Assembly (NCBI GenBank): GCA_963763985.1
Contig: CAVXQO010000025.1
Span: 15,660-79,659 of the forward strand
DNA length: 64,000 nt
Reading direction: 5' to 3'
From: an uncultured Solirubrobacterales bacterium
Lineage (GTDB): Bacteria > Actinomycetota > Thermoleophilia > Solirubrobacterales > 70-9
Within the stretch, counting starts at the first letter, position 1. Each line of letters starts with the position of its first letter. Positions 49,829-61,300 of this stretch are shown in pieces. The notes under the pieces are model-generated. The model saw only the letters and a program-made list of their open reading frames with translations, had not been told where the DNA came from and ran no database searches. A program made the position numbers and the translations under genes.

Positions 49829-51607
49829 CTGCACGTTGGTGACGTAAGCGAGAGCCAGCTCGTAATCGGCAACTACAACACCGTGCAGACGCCGAAGGGC
49901 GCGAAGGTGACGGTGATCCAGGCCGGCGGCGCCCCGGCGCCGCGGCTGCGGGCGGTGCCGATCGCCTATCACCCAGCCGCACGGACCGAGGCCTTCGGTC
50001 GGGAGGAGGAGCTGGCCCTCGCCGGATCCGCCTCCGCCGAATCCCCCGTCCAGCTCTACGGGGGCGAGGGCATCGGCAAAACCACCCTCTTGAAGCTCGC
50101 CGCCGAGCGGGCCAGCCCCCCTCCCGAGGGCGTGGTATTGGAATCCGTCAGGCGAAGGAGCCTGGACGAGGTCCAGGTGAAGCTGTACGCCGATTTCTGG
50201 GAATGCGATGTTCCGTTCCTTCCCGATCCCGCCCAAGTCGGGGGATTCCTGATCGACCGCGAGGCGCTCGTGATCGTCGATGACTGCGAGCTCGACCGCG
50301 AAGACCTCGATGGCCTTCTGGAGGGCGCCCCACGATGCACCTTCGTGATCGGCTCCGAGGCGCGCGCCCTGTGGTCGCGGGGGACCGCCCGGGCGCTGAG
50401 CGGCCTCGACCCGAAGGCCGCAGTCGCCCTGCTCGAGCGCGAGCTCGGCGAGGCGGTAGGTAAGGACCAGCGCGAGGACGCCGAGGCCATCGTGGAGCGG
50501 CTCGATGGGCGGCCACAGTCCCTGGTCGAGACCGCGGCCCTGATCCAGGATGGACGAGCCTCCCTCCAGGAGCTCACCCACGACGCGGGCGCGCTCGATC
50601 GGCGGATCGACCCGGAGACCCTCACGGCCTCGCAGCGGCGCATCCTCGGGGTGCTGGCGGCCCTCGACGGCGCCGCGCTCGGCGCCGAGCACATCGCCGT
50701 TCTCGCGGACGCGCCCCGGGCGGCGAGCGAGCTCGCGGAGCTGGAGCGCCACGGGTGGGTGAAGAGCCAGAGTCCCAGGTATCGCCTCGCTCGCGACTTG
50801 CCGGAGGGGCTCGCCCTCGCCCCCGAGTCGGGGTTCCCCGGTCGCCTGCTCGACCACCTCGCCGTCTGTGCGCGCGGGCAAGCGAAGCCCGCCGCGATCG
50901 CGGCGGAGGGGGAGGCGATCGAGGCCGCACTGGCCCTGGGCGCCGACTCGGGCCGCTGGCGCGATGCCCTCCCCCTCGCGGTCGTGGCCGGGACTGGGCT
51001 GGCGCTCGCCGGCGCCTGGTCGAGCTCGAGGAGCGTGCTCACCTCCGGCCTGACGGCGGCGCGCGCCCTGGCCAGCGAGCCCGCGGAGGCCTACTTCCTG
51101 CACCAGCTGGGGAGCTTCGCCCTCTGCCGGGGAGAGAGCGAGGCCGCCAGCTCCCAACTCGGGGCTGCCCTCGAGATCCGCCAGCGCCTCGGCGACCGCG
51201 AAGGCGCCGAGCTGACCCGCCACAATCTGGGCCAGATCGGGGGCGGCCCCGGCTCAGACGGCGGCGGAGACGGCGGCGGCGGACCGTGGCGGCCGCGCCT
51301 CGGCGTGACCCTGGCGGTGCTCGCCGCGCTCGGCGCCCTCATTCTGGGAGCCGTGCTCCTGACGGGCAACGGAGGGGCACCGGAGCCCGCGGCCAAGAAG
51401 TCGCGGCCGCATCACAACAAACACCCGACGACAAGCGTCGCCGGTTCGACCGACGGCCAAACGAGGGGCACCGGGAGCTCCCCGCCACGCAAGCTCCCCA
51501 CGACGTCCACCACTACCCCGACGGTCCCGCAGAGCCCAACGGTGCCCGCGAGCCCCCCGGTGCCCACAACACCCCTTCAGCAAGACACCACTCCGGCGCT
51601 CAAGTGA
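49829..51607 (+). CDS. Membrane-anchored STAND NTPase (NB-ARC-like P-loop, winged helix, TPR, TM helix, Pro/Thr-rich tail); start unresolved
   Basis: GGEGIGKTTLL (Walker A), ALVIVDDCE (Walker B), GRPQSL, TPR-like YFLHQLGSFALCRGE..ALEIRQRLGD, TM LGVTLAVLAALGALILGAVLL. The frame is open from 49808 and carries a conserved motif upstream of the GTG at 49883. Confidence 0.75.
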   Translation: MHVGDVSESQLVIGNYNTVQTPKGAKVTVIQAGGAPAPRLRAVPIAYHPAARTEAFGREEELALAGSASAESPVQLYGGEGIGKTTLLKLAAERASPPPEGVVLESVRRRSLDEVQVKLYADFWECDVPFLPDPAQVGGFLIDREALVIVDDCELDREDLDGLLEGAPRCTFVIGSEARALWSRGTARALSGLDPKAAVALLERELGEAVGKDQREDAEAIVERLDGRPQSLVETAALIQDGRASLQELTHDAGALDRRIDPETLTASQRRILGVLAALDGAALGAEHIAVLADAPRAASELAELERHGWVKSQSPRYRLARDLPEGLALAPESGFPGRLLDHLAVCARGQAKPAAIAAEGEAIEAALALGADSGRWRDALPLAVVAGTGLALAGAWSSSRSVLTSGLTAARALASEPAEAYFLHQLGSFALCRGESEAASSQLGAALEIRQRLGDREGAELTRHNLGQIGGGPGSDGGGDGGGGPWRPRLGVTLAVLAALGALILGAVLLTGNGGAPEPAAKKSRPHHNKHPTTSVAGSTDGQTRGTGSSPPRKLPTTSTTTPTVPQSPTVPASPPVPTTPLQQDTTPALK

Positions 51608-51710
51608 GCATTGATCAGCAGCCCTTCGGAACAACCGCCAGCGACCGACCGGCAACCTGTCCCGCGAATCGGCCGCCCAAGAGGCGGCCGTCGGCCAGGA
51701 GGTAAACGAA

Positions 51711-52133
51711 ATGTCCGCAGACGATGAATCCGCCGGCAAGTTCAACATTCAGATCGGCGACGTCAGCCGCAGCCAGGTCGTGATCGGCGACTACAACACC
51801 GTTACCCAGAAGGCCGGCCTTACGCCCGAGGAGGCGGCGAAGCTGCGCGGGGTGTTTGAGCAGTTCCGATCATCGGTGGAGAAAGAGGCCCCGCCCGAGC
51901 GGCGCGGCGAGGCGGTGGCGCAGGCCGAGGAGCTGGAGCGCGCGGTGGTCAGCGAGCGGCCCGACGTCGGCCGCGTGCGGACGGTGCTGCGCTGGTTTCG
52001 GGACAACGCCCCACAGTTGGCGGGCGCGGTGGTCAGCGTCGTCGTCAATCCGCTGGTCGGAAAGGCCGTGGAGGGGGCGGGCGAGGCGATCGCCGATCAG
52101 TTCAAGGAGGTGGTCAAGGAGGAGACCGGGTGA
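51711..52133 (+). CDS. Small protein sharing the N-terminal IGDVSxSQVVIGxYNTV motif with the upstream STAND NTPase
   Basis: KFNIQIGDVSRSQVVIGDYNTVTQKAG aligns with QVELHVGDVSESQLVIGNYNTVQTPKG at 49808-49900. Confidence 0.6.
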   Translation: MSADDESAGKFNIQIGDVSRSQVVIGDYNTVTQKAGLTPEEAAKLRGVFEQFRSSVEKEAPPERRGEAVAQAEELERAVVSERPDVGRVRTVLRWFRDNAPQLAGAVVSVVVNPLVGKAVEGAGEAIADQFKEVVKEETG

Positions 52134-52189
52134 TGCGCGACTGCTTCGCCTGGCTAGAAGCTCGCCATCTAGTCTGGCCGCACGAAAAC

Positions 52190-52215
52190 GAAAGGCCCGG
52201 ATCTCCGGGCCTTTC
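52190..52215. terminator. Hairpin GAAAGGCCCGG-atct-CCGGGCCTTTC next to tRNA-fragment copy 3
   Basis: Perfect 11-bp arms. On the minus strand it is followed by GTTTTCG. It sits at a convergent junction. Confidence 0.6.
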
Positions 52216-52220
52216 GTGAG

Positions 52221-52262
<42 letters not shown>

Positions 52263-52369
52263 ATGCCTTGAAGTCGTTCGGTGGGCTGATCCTGAACGAC
52301 GCGAGGCACGCTGAGAGGGGCTGACATCAGCTGAGGTTCTGTCAGTTCGGTACCACCGTTGGTACCACC
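52263..52369 (-). repeat. Conserved 107-nt module 5' of fragment copy 3 (homologous to 54191..54297)
   Basis: A gap-free hand alignment gives 81 of 107 identical positions. GGTACCAC occurs twice, 12 nt apart, starting exactly 87 nt from the fragment in both copies. Confidence 0.6.
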
Positions 52370-54095
52370 ATCGTGGTGGTCACCGGCCGATGGCGCCGAC
52401 GGGCTTCTCCGGTGGACGGCCGCGCGGATGCAGCCCGGTCGGCTGCGAACAGGCTGTGGAGGAGCTGGATGGCGACTGAGCCCTCTCCAACCGCAGACGC
52501 CACACGCTTCACGGAGCCGTGTCGAACGTCGCCGGCGGCAAGGACGCCAGGCATGCTCGTCTCGAGCAGAAACGGACTGCGCTCGAGCGGCCAAGCACGG
52601 TCGCCGCGAAGATCGGTCCCCGTGAGGACAAAGCCCTGCCCATCTCTATCGACCTCCGGTGGCAGCCACTCGGTGTGCGGGCGAGCTCCGATCATGAGGA
52701 AGAGCACATCGGCTTCGACGGTCTCCTCGCTTCCCGGGCGGCGATCGCGAAGCACGAGGTGCTCCAGCCACCCGTCGCCCCCACCGCCGACGATGTCGGT
52801 CCCGAGACGGACCTGCAGCTTCGGCTTCGCCTTCACCTGGCGAACCAGGTAATGCGACATCCCAGCGCCGAGTGACTGAGCACGTACCACGAGCGTGACC
52901 CGCCGCGCGTAACGGGCGAGGTGCAGCGCAGCCTGTCCGCCGAGTTCGCGCCCCCGAGGACGTAGACGTCGCGACCGGCCATGGCGGGCGCGGCGGAAGC
53001 CGCGCCGCCGTAGAAGACGCCGGCGCCGTTCAGAGCCTCGAGCGCCGGGATGCCGAGTCGGCGATAACTGGCACCCGTCGCCAGGAGCACCGCGCGGGCA
53101 CGCACGCGGCCGAAGTCGGAGAGGGTGACGGAGAGCCCGTCGTGCTCGCGCCGAAGGTCGGTCACTTTCTGCATGAACACGAAGTTCGGCCCCGAAGACC
53201 CACGCCTGCTCGTACGCCTGCTGAGCCAGGCGGCGACCGCTGACCCCTCGGGGGAAGCCGAGGTAGTTGCGAATCAGCGAACTGGAGGTCGCCTGGCCCC
53301 CACCCCGCCTTCGTCGACGACCAGGGTGCTGAATCCTTCCGAGGCGCCATACACGGCTGCCGACAGACCAGCCGGTCCCGCGCCGACGATCACAAGGTCG
53401 AAATCCATCCGCTCCGGGTTCACCGGTGAGCCCGACGCCCTCGCAATATCGGCGTTGCTGGGGTTCCTCAGGACCGTTCCGTCGGGAAATGCGACGAGGG
53501 GGAGCTTTGCCCCCTCCCCGCCTCGGAGACGAGCGCGCGCCCGTCCTCGGAGTCGGCCAAACAGAACGAGTGCGGGATCGCACAGCGCTCGAAGCAGGTC
53601 CCTGAGCTCAAAGGCCCTGCCAGACCAAGACTCGCCGACCATGTAGATCGTGTTCGGCGAGGTCTGCTGCGCCTCTGCCCATTCGAGCAGCAAGCTCGAG
53701 ATGGCCTGATGAAAGAGCTCGTCCGGTGTCGAGGATGGCCTGACCACATAGCCGTCGATGCGACCGCGGGCGATCGAATCGAAGATCGCCTCACCGGTCG
53801 CTGGGTCGCCCCAGTCACCCCAGCCGAGCAGCAGCACGCGCTTTGCGTGCGGATGCAGGTGACGGGCCTCATTCAACAGCTCGCTTCCGGTGGTCCCGGT
53901 GAGCCGCTGCCCGGCCAGAACCACGGCGACTTCGTCACCGGCGGCGGCAAGGTCCGCCAGACGGGCGCGAGCCTCCTCCGCCGACCGCATGCAGACGACG
54001 CGGTAATGGCGCGCGTAGCGGTCGCACAGCTCCCTTTCGATGTCCCGCAGTGCGTCCGCATCGTCCTCAACGGCGACAAGCACGGGTTCGGGCAT
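52342..54095 (-). CDS. Receiver-like domain, thioredoxin-like linker and thioredoxin-reductase-like FAD/NAD(P) oxidoreductase; frame broken at least 4 times
   Basis: MPEPVLVAVEDD.. (REC-like), FDLVIVGAGPAGLSAAVY (FAD site), VYVLGGANSAGQAALHLA (NAD(P) site), GVLAAGDVRHGS. The pieces lie in ORFs 53274.., 53468.., 52833.. and 52342... Confidence 0.75.
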
Positions 54096-54116
54096 TTGTG
54101 GCGCGCACTCTAAACA

Positions 54117-54143
54117 CCAAGGGCCCTCTTTCGAGGGCCCTTG
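54117..54143. terminator. Hairpin CCAAGGGCCCTC-tttc-GAGGGCCCTTG next to tRNA-fragment copy 4
   Basis: The arms are almost the same as at 46399. The flanking acaccaaggg and tgagtagcggggg are also shared with copy 2. Confidence 0.55.
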
Positions 54144-54148
54144 ATGAG

Positions 54149-54190
<42 letters not shown>

Positions 54191-54297
54191 AAGCCCCGAG
54201 GCAGCTCGGTGGGCTCACGCCGAGCGACCCCAGGCACGACGAGATGAGCTGGGATCGGCTGAGTTTCTCTCAGTTCGGTACCACGGCTGGTACCACG
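54191..54297 (-). repeat. Conserved 107-nt module 5' of fragment copy 4 (homologous to 52263..52369)
   Basis: See the 52263..52369 entry. GGTACCAC lies at 54277 and 54289. Confidence 0.6.
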
Positions 54298-54403
54298 TGA
54301 TACCCCTAGCGCGTAGCAGCGCGAGAGAAGGGACCGATTGGTACGCACGAGCGGGAGCTGACAATCTGGCCTGACTTGGAAGCTGGCGGACCGGCGGACC
54401 GAG

Positions 54404-54793
54404 GTGATAATGGAGATCGAACGCTTGAATGAGCTGATGTTCGACGCCGAGGCGCATCGGGATTGCGAGGGCCTGTCGTGGGATGAATTCCTCGGCCATG
54501 TTCTTGCAGACGACTTCGCCCTCCGCCGTTCGGCGGCTGGGAAACCGCTCGAGGACCGAGAGACGTTCTTGAACTCCACCCGCGCTGCGGAGCCCGTTGA
54601 TAGGAGCATCCTTCCGGGCTCAGTGCGCATCTGGCAGTCCGACATGGTTGCGGCAGTTTCGTCCGTCGTAGAGCTGGACGGCCGCCCGGAGCATTTCACC
54701 AACATCCGCGTCTTCACAGCCCGCGGTAAGTACGGCTGGCTCTGCAATTGGTGGCAGGTGACGGCTGCGCAGGCCGACTCGCCGCAGCAGTAG
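54404..54793 (+). CDS. NTF2-like (DUF4440/SnoaL-like) small protein
   Basis: 129-aa ORF. FTNIRVFTARGKYGWLCNWWQV is a typical C-terminal strand pattern for the fold. Confidence 0.55.
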   Translation: MIMEIERLNELMFDAEAHRDCEGLSWDEFLGHVLADDFALRRSAAGKPLEDRETFLNSTRAAEPVDRSILPGSVRIWQSDMVAAVSSVVELDGRPEHFTNIRVFTARGKYGWLCNWWQVTAAQADSPQQ

Positions 54794-54825
54794 CCGTTTC
54801 CGCAACTGTTCCTTAGGATCGTCTG

Positions 54826-55341
54826 ATGACGGAGTCGCCGTCGCATCCGTCGAAAGGCAGCACCCCTTCTCTCCCTGCGGACTTCACCACCGTGCTGTTT
54901 GGGGTGGTCAGCATCGTGGGCGGCGTCGCCACGGGGTTGTTCTCTGACCTCCGCCCCCTGGGACAGGCCATGGGCCTGCTCGCGTTTGCTGCGTGGATCG
55001 TTGCCATCGCCCTCATCCTCTGGGGCCCAGAATCAAGAACTTTGGCGCGGTGGATCAGCGGGCTTGCATTCCTTCTGACCGCCGCGCTCCTTCTCTACGC
55101 CTTCGTCACCGGCCCGCGACTCAGTTCGCGGACGCTCGTCCTCACGCCAGATGGCGTGGCGGTAGTCAATGCAGCGTGTCCAGGCGCCTTGAAAGGGTCA
55201 GAGGTCGCAGCCCGCGTCGCCCTTTCCCAGCTCGGCGATCAGTTCGTGCACTTGGAGATCATCGAGCCAGGGTGCGCGCGAGCCAACAGCGACATTCGCA
55301 TCCGATCTGACGACCTTCAAGGCGTTCTGCCGCCGCCATGA
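54826..55341 (+). CDS. Hypothetical membrane protein (3 TM helices plus C-terminal soluble domain)
   Basis: TVLFGVVSIVGGVATGLF, LLAFAAWIVAIALILWG, LAFLLTAALLLYAFV. Confidence 0.5.
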   Translation: MTESPSHPSKGSTPSLPADFTTVLFGVVSIVGGVATGLFSDLRPLGQAMGLLAFAAWIVAIALILWGPESRTLARWISGLAFLLTAALLLYAFVTGPRLSSRTLVLTPDGVAVVNAACPGALKGSEVAARVALSQLGDQFVHLEIIEPGCARANSDIRIRSDDLQGVLPPP

Positions 55342-55361
55342 GCAGTGGCGTGGTCTTTCTC

Positions 55362-58300
55362 TCACTTCACAAGCCGGTACTCAAGAACAAGGATCGCGTC
55401 GAGTAGCTTGGCGCTGTCGATCACGCCATCTCCAGCTGCGGCGGCCGGCGGAGACAGCGGCCCAGCATCTTTGATTGCAAGCTTGAGCTGAGTGGTCATG
55501 CCACTGGTGAACAAGGCCTCGAACCCGTCATTCGTGGGCAGGTTGCCAAGGGTGTCGTCGGCGGTGAAGCTCGACCGGTTGCTCCCGTTGATCGCGATCC
55601 TGAATCCAGTTGTCGCCTGACCCTTCTTTGGCACCAGCGCCAACCTGGCGCCCGCCACCCTCGTGGATCGCCCCGCGGCAAACATCGGCAGGAACTTCTC
55701 CGACAGGTTGAAGTCGATTTCGGTGTCCTTCGGGCTGGTCACCAGACGGTTGAATTCAGTCGGAAACTCGTGGCGCAGACTGAACGAGCGGAAGAGCTTC
55801 ACGTCCTTGAAGAAGGTCAGCACCTGATTTTGGATGGCCGCCATGCTCGTCTCAACCGAGTCACGGAACGTGCCGTCTTCCTTCGCCGAGTAATCAACGT
55901 GCAGGATCACATCACTGATCGAGTCGTAATCGAAGGGCCGGAAATTCTTCGGCAGCGAGAGTTTCCAGGAGCTCACTGCGCCGGCGCCTTCAAAGTGGTT
56001 GAAGCGCTCATCGCGGAAATTGAACTCGAAGACTCCGGCGTCGGATAGCCCGCGGCTGGTTGCGATTGAGTCGGCACGGGACAGGTTCACCGTCTTCAGC
56101 GCGGCGGCGTTTGCATCTGGCTCCCTGCGAATCTGGGACCCGGTCATGGTCAGGGTCGCGCCGACATTTGCGTACGGACCGGTCACGCAAGGCACCGACA
56201 CCCGCAGCGCGCGAATCCTCCGTGAGTAATGGCCCGGATAGGTGAGGTCGTAGAACAGCTCGGGGATCGCGAAGTCGCAGCTACCGGTCTGCTTGAGTTT
56301 CTGCAGCGCCGCCGGGTTCCACTGCGCCAGCGAGAACGACTGATTGACTTCAAGGCAGCGGTAGTTCTGCTCGATGTACTTGCGTTCAAGGTCTTGGAGG
56401 TCGGCGAGCAACCGGTCGCCGGCGAGGAGGCCGGACTTTGAGGCGTCCCAGTAGTTCGCTTCAATGACCGGATCGTCGTCGGAGTCGAGCTCGAACTGGA
56501 ATGCGCGTTCGGCCGCCTTCGCCAGCTCCAACGCGCCGTTGAACGTGTCGTGGTGCAGATCGCTGAGCTGCTTGGACATCCACGTGAACAGTCCGAGGCC
56601 GGTGAACCGCTCTCGATAGAAATCGAAGATCTCCTCGGTTTGCTCGATTGACTTCTCGTGCACTTCCAGCGAGCGCTCGGCGATCTGCTTGCGAAACTCC
56701 GCTGCCTTTATCTGCTTGTCGAGCTGTTTGAGCTCGTTGTCGGCCATCTTCGCCTGGTGCGCCCATTCCTCGCCGCGGCGCTGGAACGTGGCTTCCAGCC
56801 CTGCCGACGCGGATGCGGCCTCGGCGGCGGTGCCGAACGCCTGGCTCGCAAACGCAAAACGTGCTGCCGCGCCGCTGACTTCCAATCCTCCGTACTTCAT
56901 CGCGGTCGGGGCCCCGAACTGCGGCAGCAGACTGGTCGCCGCGGCGATCAGCTGAATCGTCGCTTCCAGCGTGTGCAGCCCCGAGACGACGTGGCGCGAC
57001 ACCTGCTGTGTGGTCTCCCAACCGGAAAGACCGTCGCTCACGAGCTTGTCGTAGAAATCCTTGCGGTATTGCACGCCCTCGCGCTGGCGAGTGATGCTGT
57101 CGACCGTCTCTTCGGCATTGTTGATTTCCCAGCGCTGAATCTGCGTGCGCAGCTTCAACAGGTTCTGCTCGTGCACCGCGCGGAGCTTGTTGAGCTCTTC
57201 GGTGTCCCGCTTCTCCATTGCTGCCTGTAGCTGGGAGCCGAGCGCCTGCACTGACGTCGCGCTTTGGCGAGCCTTCTCGAGTAGATAGGTGAAGCGATAC
57301 GCAGGCGTGCCGGCCGACGTGCTCGCCAGCACATCGTCGAGCGACAGCCCGGCGGCGGCCATCCGGACGAGCAATCGTGGGTCGATCTCCGGCGCGAACA
57401 GCGCGAGCTGCCGGCGCACGCCGGTGATGTCCATGCAATTGCGAACCTTGAAAAGCCGGTCTTCGACCCTGTCCCAATATGCCAGCAGCTCCTTGTTCTC
57501 GGGAACGCAGAAGATCACGCTCGAGGTCGCGACACTGGCCGGTACGAACTTGATCGATCCGAAATCGTCGTCGCGATGTGGCGCGCCGACGACGCCGCCC
57601 TGGAAGCGGGGCTCCGTGTCCAGCTTGTTCTTGATCTTCGGATCGATCTGAAAACCGCCGAAGTCCGGAATCACGCCCGGCTCGACATCGCCTCCGCGCG
57701 GCGGATCGGCCGGCGCCGGCGCGAATCCGCTGACCTCGCCGCCCAGCGACAATTCTTTGAGCGGCGTGCCTTCTGCCGCGGCCGGCAGCGTGAGCGGCGA
57801 CTGGTCCCAACCGAACGGGTTTGCGAGCTGGCCGCCGTCGTATTCGTAAGTGCCCTGGCCATAACCACCGTCGCCCTCTCCGCCTTGGCCGGCGCCGCCC
57901 CCGTACTGCGGCGCAGCCGACATCGCGTAGCTCTTCGTCACCATGACTTCACTGGCCGAGCCCGTGTCGATCGTGTAGACGTACTGGTTCGGATCGCTCT
58001 TGACCGCGCCGGCGTCAAGCGATTCGAGTTCGATCAGGAAATCCTGCGCCACGTTCTTCTTGCGCTGGTCGGACACCATCTGATACGTGACCGGGTCTTT
58101 GGCTTCGTCGCAGTCGCCGACGTCGGCGGGCCGATCGCCAAGGATCTCCGCGGCCATCAAATAGAGCATCGTGGCCTCGTTGACCGACTCCATCGTGAAC
58201 TGCGTGAACAGTGAATCCGCCCAATCGAGCAGGTTGTCGATGTACTTCATGACGATCGACTTCTGATACGCGCTGAATCGCACTCGCGCGATCGCGTGCG

Positions 58301-61300
58301 GGTTGAACGGGTCCTTCTTGTACGCGCTGATCGCGTCGGGGTCGACCAGAAGGTCGCGCATCGACTTGGCGTTGATCTTGTCGAGGTTGCGGAACTCGAG
58401 GTACTGCCAGACGCGGTTGCTGGGATTGCGCAGCCCGGCAACGTCGGGCGCGGTCGGGTCGAAGATACGGTCGTACCAGTACTGCGCCGCGGCGAACTTG
58501 CCTTGGCTGTTCAGGTGGTTCGCGATCAAAAACGGGATCTGGAAAAAGATCTCGCGGTAATACATCCCGAAGGGCCCGGTGAAGTCGAGTTTTCCGGCGT
58601 TGCCCTTGTTCTCGACGTTCACCGTCAGCGAAAGCGGCAGCTGCGGTTCCTTCAGGTGAAGCTGGTTGTCGATCTTCAGCATTTCTTCGGTGCCGTCCTC
58701 GAAGAGCTTCCGCGATAGCTGGTCGGCGAGCGTGGTGCCGAGTCGCCGGACCAGGTAAGTCGGGGCCGCGCGAACCGATCCCTGCAGCAACAGGATGTCG
58801 CCGGAGCTGTCGATCAGCGCGTCGGTGAGGGAGCCGTTGATCACGTCGAACTCCGCGGCGGGGTCACTTAGCGTCGCGACTGAGACGTGTGTGTTCGTCT
58901 CGATGTCGGTCGGGGTCCACCAGGGGAACAGCTTCATCAGCCGATCCGCGTCGGCGTACTGCGCGCGAGCCCAGTATTCACCGGCCGCGTACCATCCCGA
59001 GGAGGCCGAATAACGCATGTCGTAAATCGACGATCCCCTCCGGTATGGCCAACGCGGTACTCCGGCAGGCGCGAGTGGGTCGGATTCGAAAACACCGGGC
59101 AGCGGGCCGACCTTGCGCCGATAGAAATCCACCTTGCCATGTCTTTGAAAGCCAACTCCGGTAACGCGCAGCTCGTCGCCGGCGAGTTCGGGGAACACGT
59201 CGGTCCAGCCGAAGTTATTCAGCCTGAACGAATCCTGGGGTTCCCAATGCGGCGGTCCGTTGGGATCGGTTTGCGGCGTCGCCATCGGGGCCAGTGCGGC
59301 GCTCAGTGGCGAGAAGTTGACCTTGCCACCCTCGTCGGCCGCCCGCATGTCGTCGATGTCGGTCTTCGCGGCGGCAAAATCGCCTTCACGCACCTTCTTC
59401 TCAAGCCCGATCCAGATCGTCGCGACCTTGTACATCTGGGTAGCAGGCAACGTCGTGATTTGCTGTGCGAGGGCCCTCCAGGCCGACAACGCAGCGTTGA
59501 TCTCGGATTGCTCGGCCAGTGGGTCCCAAATCGAATCGCCGTCCGCCAGCTGAAAGCCATCCAATCCGATCCGCTGCGGCGGCGACCAGTCGCCGTCGAG
59601 CTGCAGCGACGTGTACTTCATCGCGAACTTGTGCTTGTAGCCCGCAAACTTCGAGGAACCGGCGACGATGAGGCTCTTCGGCGTCGTCGTGATCTCGAAC
59701 CACAAGACGTAGAGCTTGCCCCGGAACACCACGGGGGCGACGCGCTGGCCGGGAATCTGCACGTCGATCTTGCGCCACGGCGTCCAGGCGATGCGCGGCT
59801 TCGGGCCAGTGACGGAAGGCAGCTCGCTGTAGTACGCGTTTTCGACAGTGCGGTAGTAGAACGTCGCCGGATCGCCCGGGCCCACGCCAACCAGATGAAG
59901 CGTGTCGAGCTTGGCCACGTCGTCCTTCGCGTGGAAGCTGCCGCAAATCTTCAGCCCGGCGACTTCGTCGAAATCCGCCATGTACGTGGCGTACGCCTCT
60001 TGCACGTTCTCCGCGGTGATCTGCTTTTGCAGCAGCGTGTCCTCGAGCTGCTTGAACTGCGGTGTCTTGTCGTCCCGGAGCTCGGGCTCGATGTAATTCT
60101 CGGGAAACAGGAAGACCTTGCGGTTGGCCTCCCACACGCGGTAGTTCTTGCGCCAGGACCATTCCTTGATCGGGATCACTGCCGGCGAGACCTTCACCTT
60201 GCCATCGCGGTCCTGCTCGAGGTTCATCAGCACCCGCTGTACGTAGAACTGAACACTCGAGCTCGCGGCAACCACCAGCGACGTGCGGGCGCAGCCCTCG
60301 ACCTGCACGTCCATCAAGACGTGGTTTGAGATCTCGTCCTTCGTCCTGAATATCCACTCGTCGGTGTTGAGTCCGATGCGAAACGCTGGGCTCGTCAGCA
60401 GGTAGTCGGCCAGCGCGTCCCGCTTGCGCCCGCGCAGCTTGTCTTCAAATCCTTCGATCGTTTCGGCGAACCTGTTTTCGTCGGGATACTTGCTGCGGAA
60501 GGCGGCAAAGAAACCGTCGGCAGCGCGGCGCAGGTCGTCGAAGTTGTCTGAAAGGGTCAACTTGAACGTCTCTCCGTCGACGCCCAGGTATTCGGCCAGC
60601 GCGACGGCTCCCGCGAGCTGCTTCAGCGCGATGATCGGGTCTGAATTGCCGGCCGGGAGTGCCGACTTGACGTGCGGTAGCACGGACGCCACGCGGGCAC
60701 GCTCGGCCGCAAGCGCGGACGCGAGCTTGTCGAGATCGAGGTTGGCCGCCCTCAGGCCTGTGGTCAGCACGTAGCGAAGGTCCACTGGGCTCGGCGCGTC
60801 GGCTTCCGGATCGAAGGCGGGGTCGGGCGCAGTGGCGAGCGCGGTGAAGTCGACCACGCGATGGACTGATTCAACGGTGATGCCGGCGGTGAGGGCGAAC
60901 ATCGCCTTCGACGCGAGCACGAAGTCGAGAGCGTCCTTGTCGAAGACCGGTGAGCCGAGCAGACGGTCATAGCGGCCGAGCGCGGCGAGCATGTCCGCCA
61001 GCACGGCGGGGGCGTTGGTGACCGGATCGCGCCAGAGTTCAAGCTCGAGCTGCTGAGCCGTCGGCGCGACCGCGGCGATTGCGCTGATGCGTTCGAATCG
61101 CTCGGCCGACAGCCCGAGGAGGTTGGCCATCCTTGGCGGTAGCGCCATGGCCGGCGTAAAGCGCTTCAGCAGGTCGCGCATCGCTCGAATCGTCTCCTGC
61201 TTCCATGCAGTTCTGTCCGCGGCGGCGGTGATTTCCGTTGGGACCACCGAGTTCGGCACGTCCAACGCGCCGGCGGGGATGTCGAACCCGGCGGTGACGC

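Noticed and set aside
52342-52380. C-terminal tail PVTTTMVVPTVVPN of the TrxR-like ORF as real coding sequence
   Set aside because: It coincides with the conserved GGTACCAC-N4-GGTACCAC repeat module shared with 54277-54296, where it is non-coding. The true stop is probably upstream and masked by a frame error.
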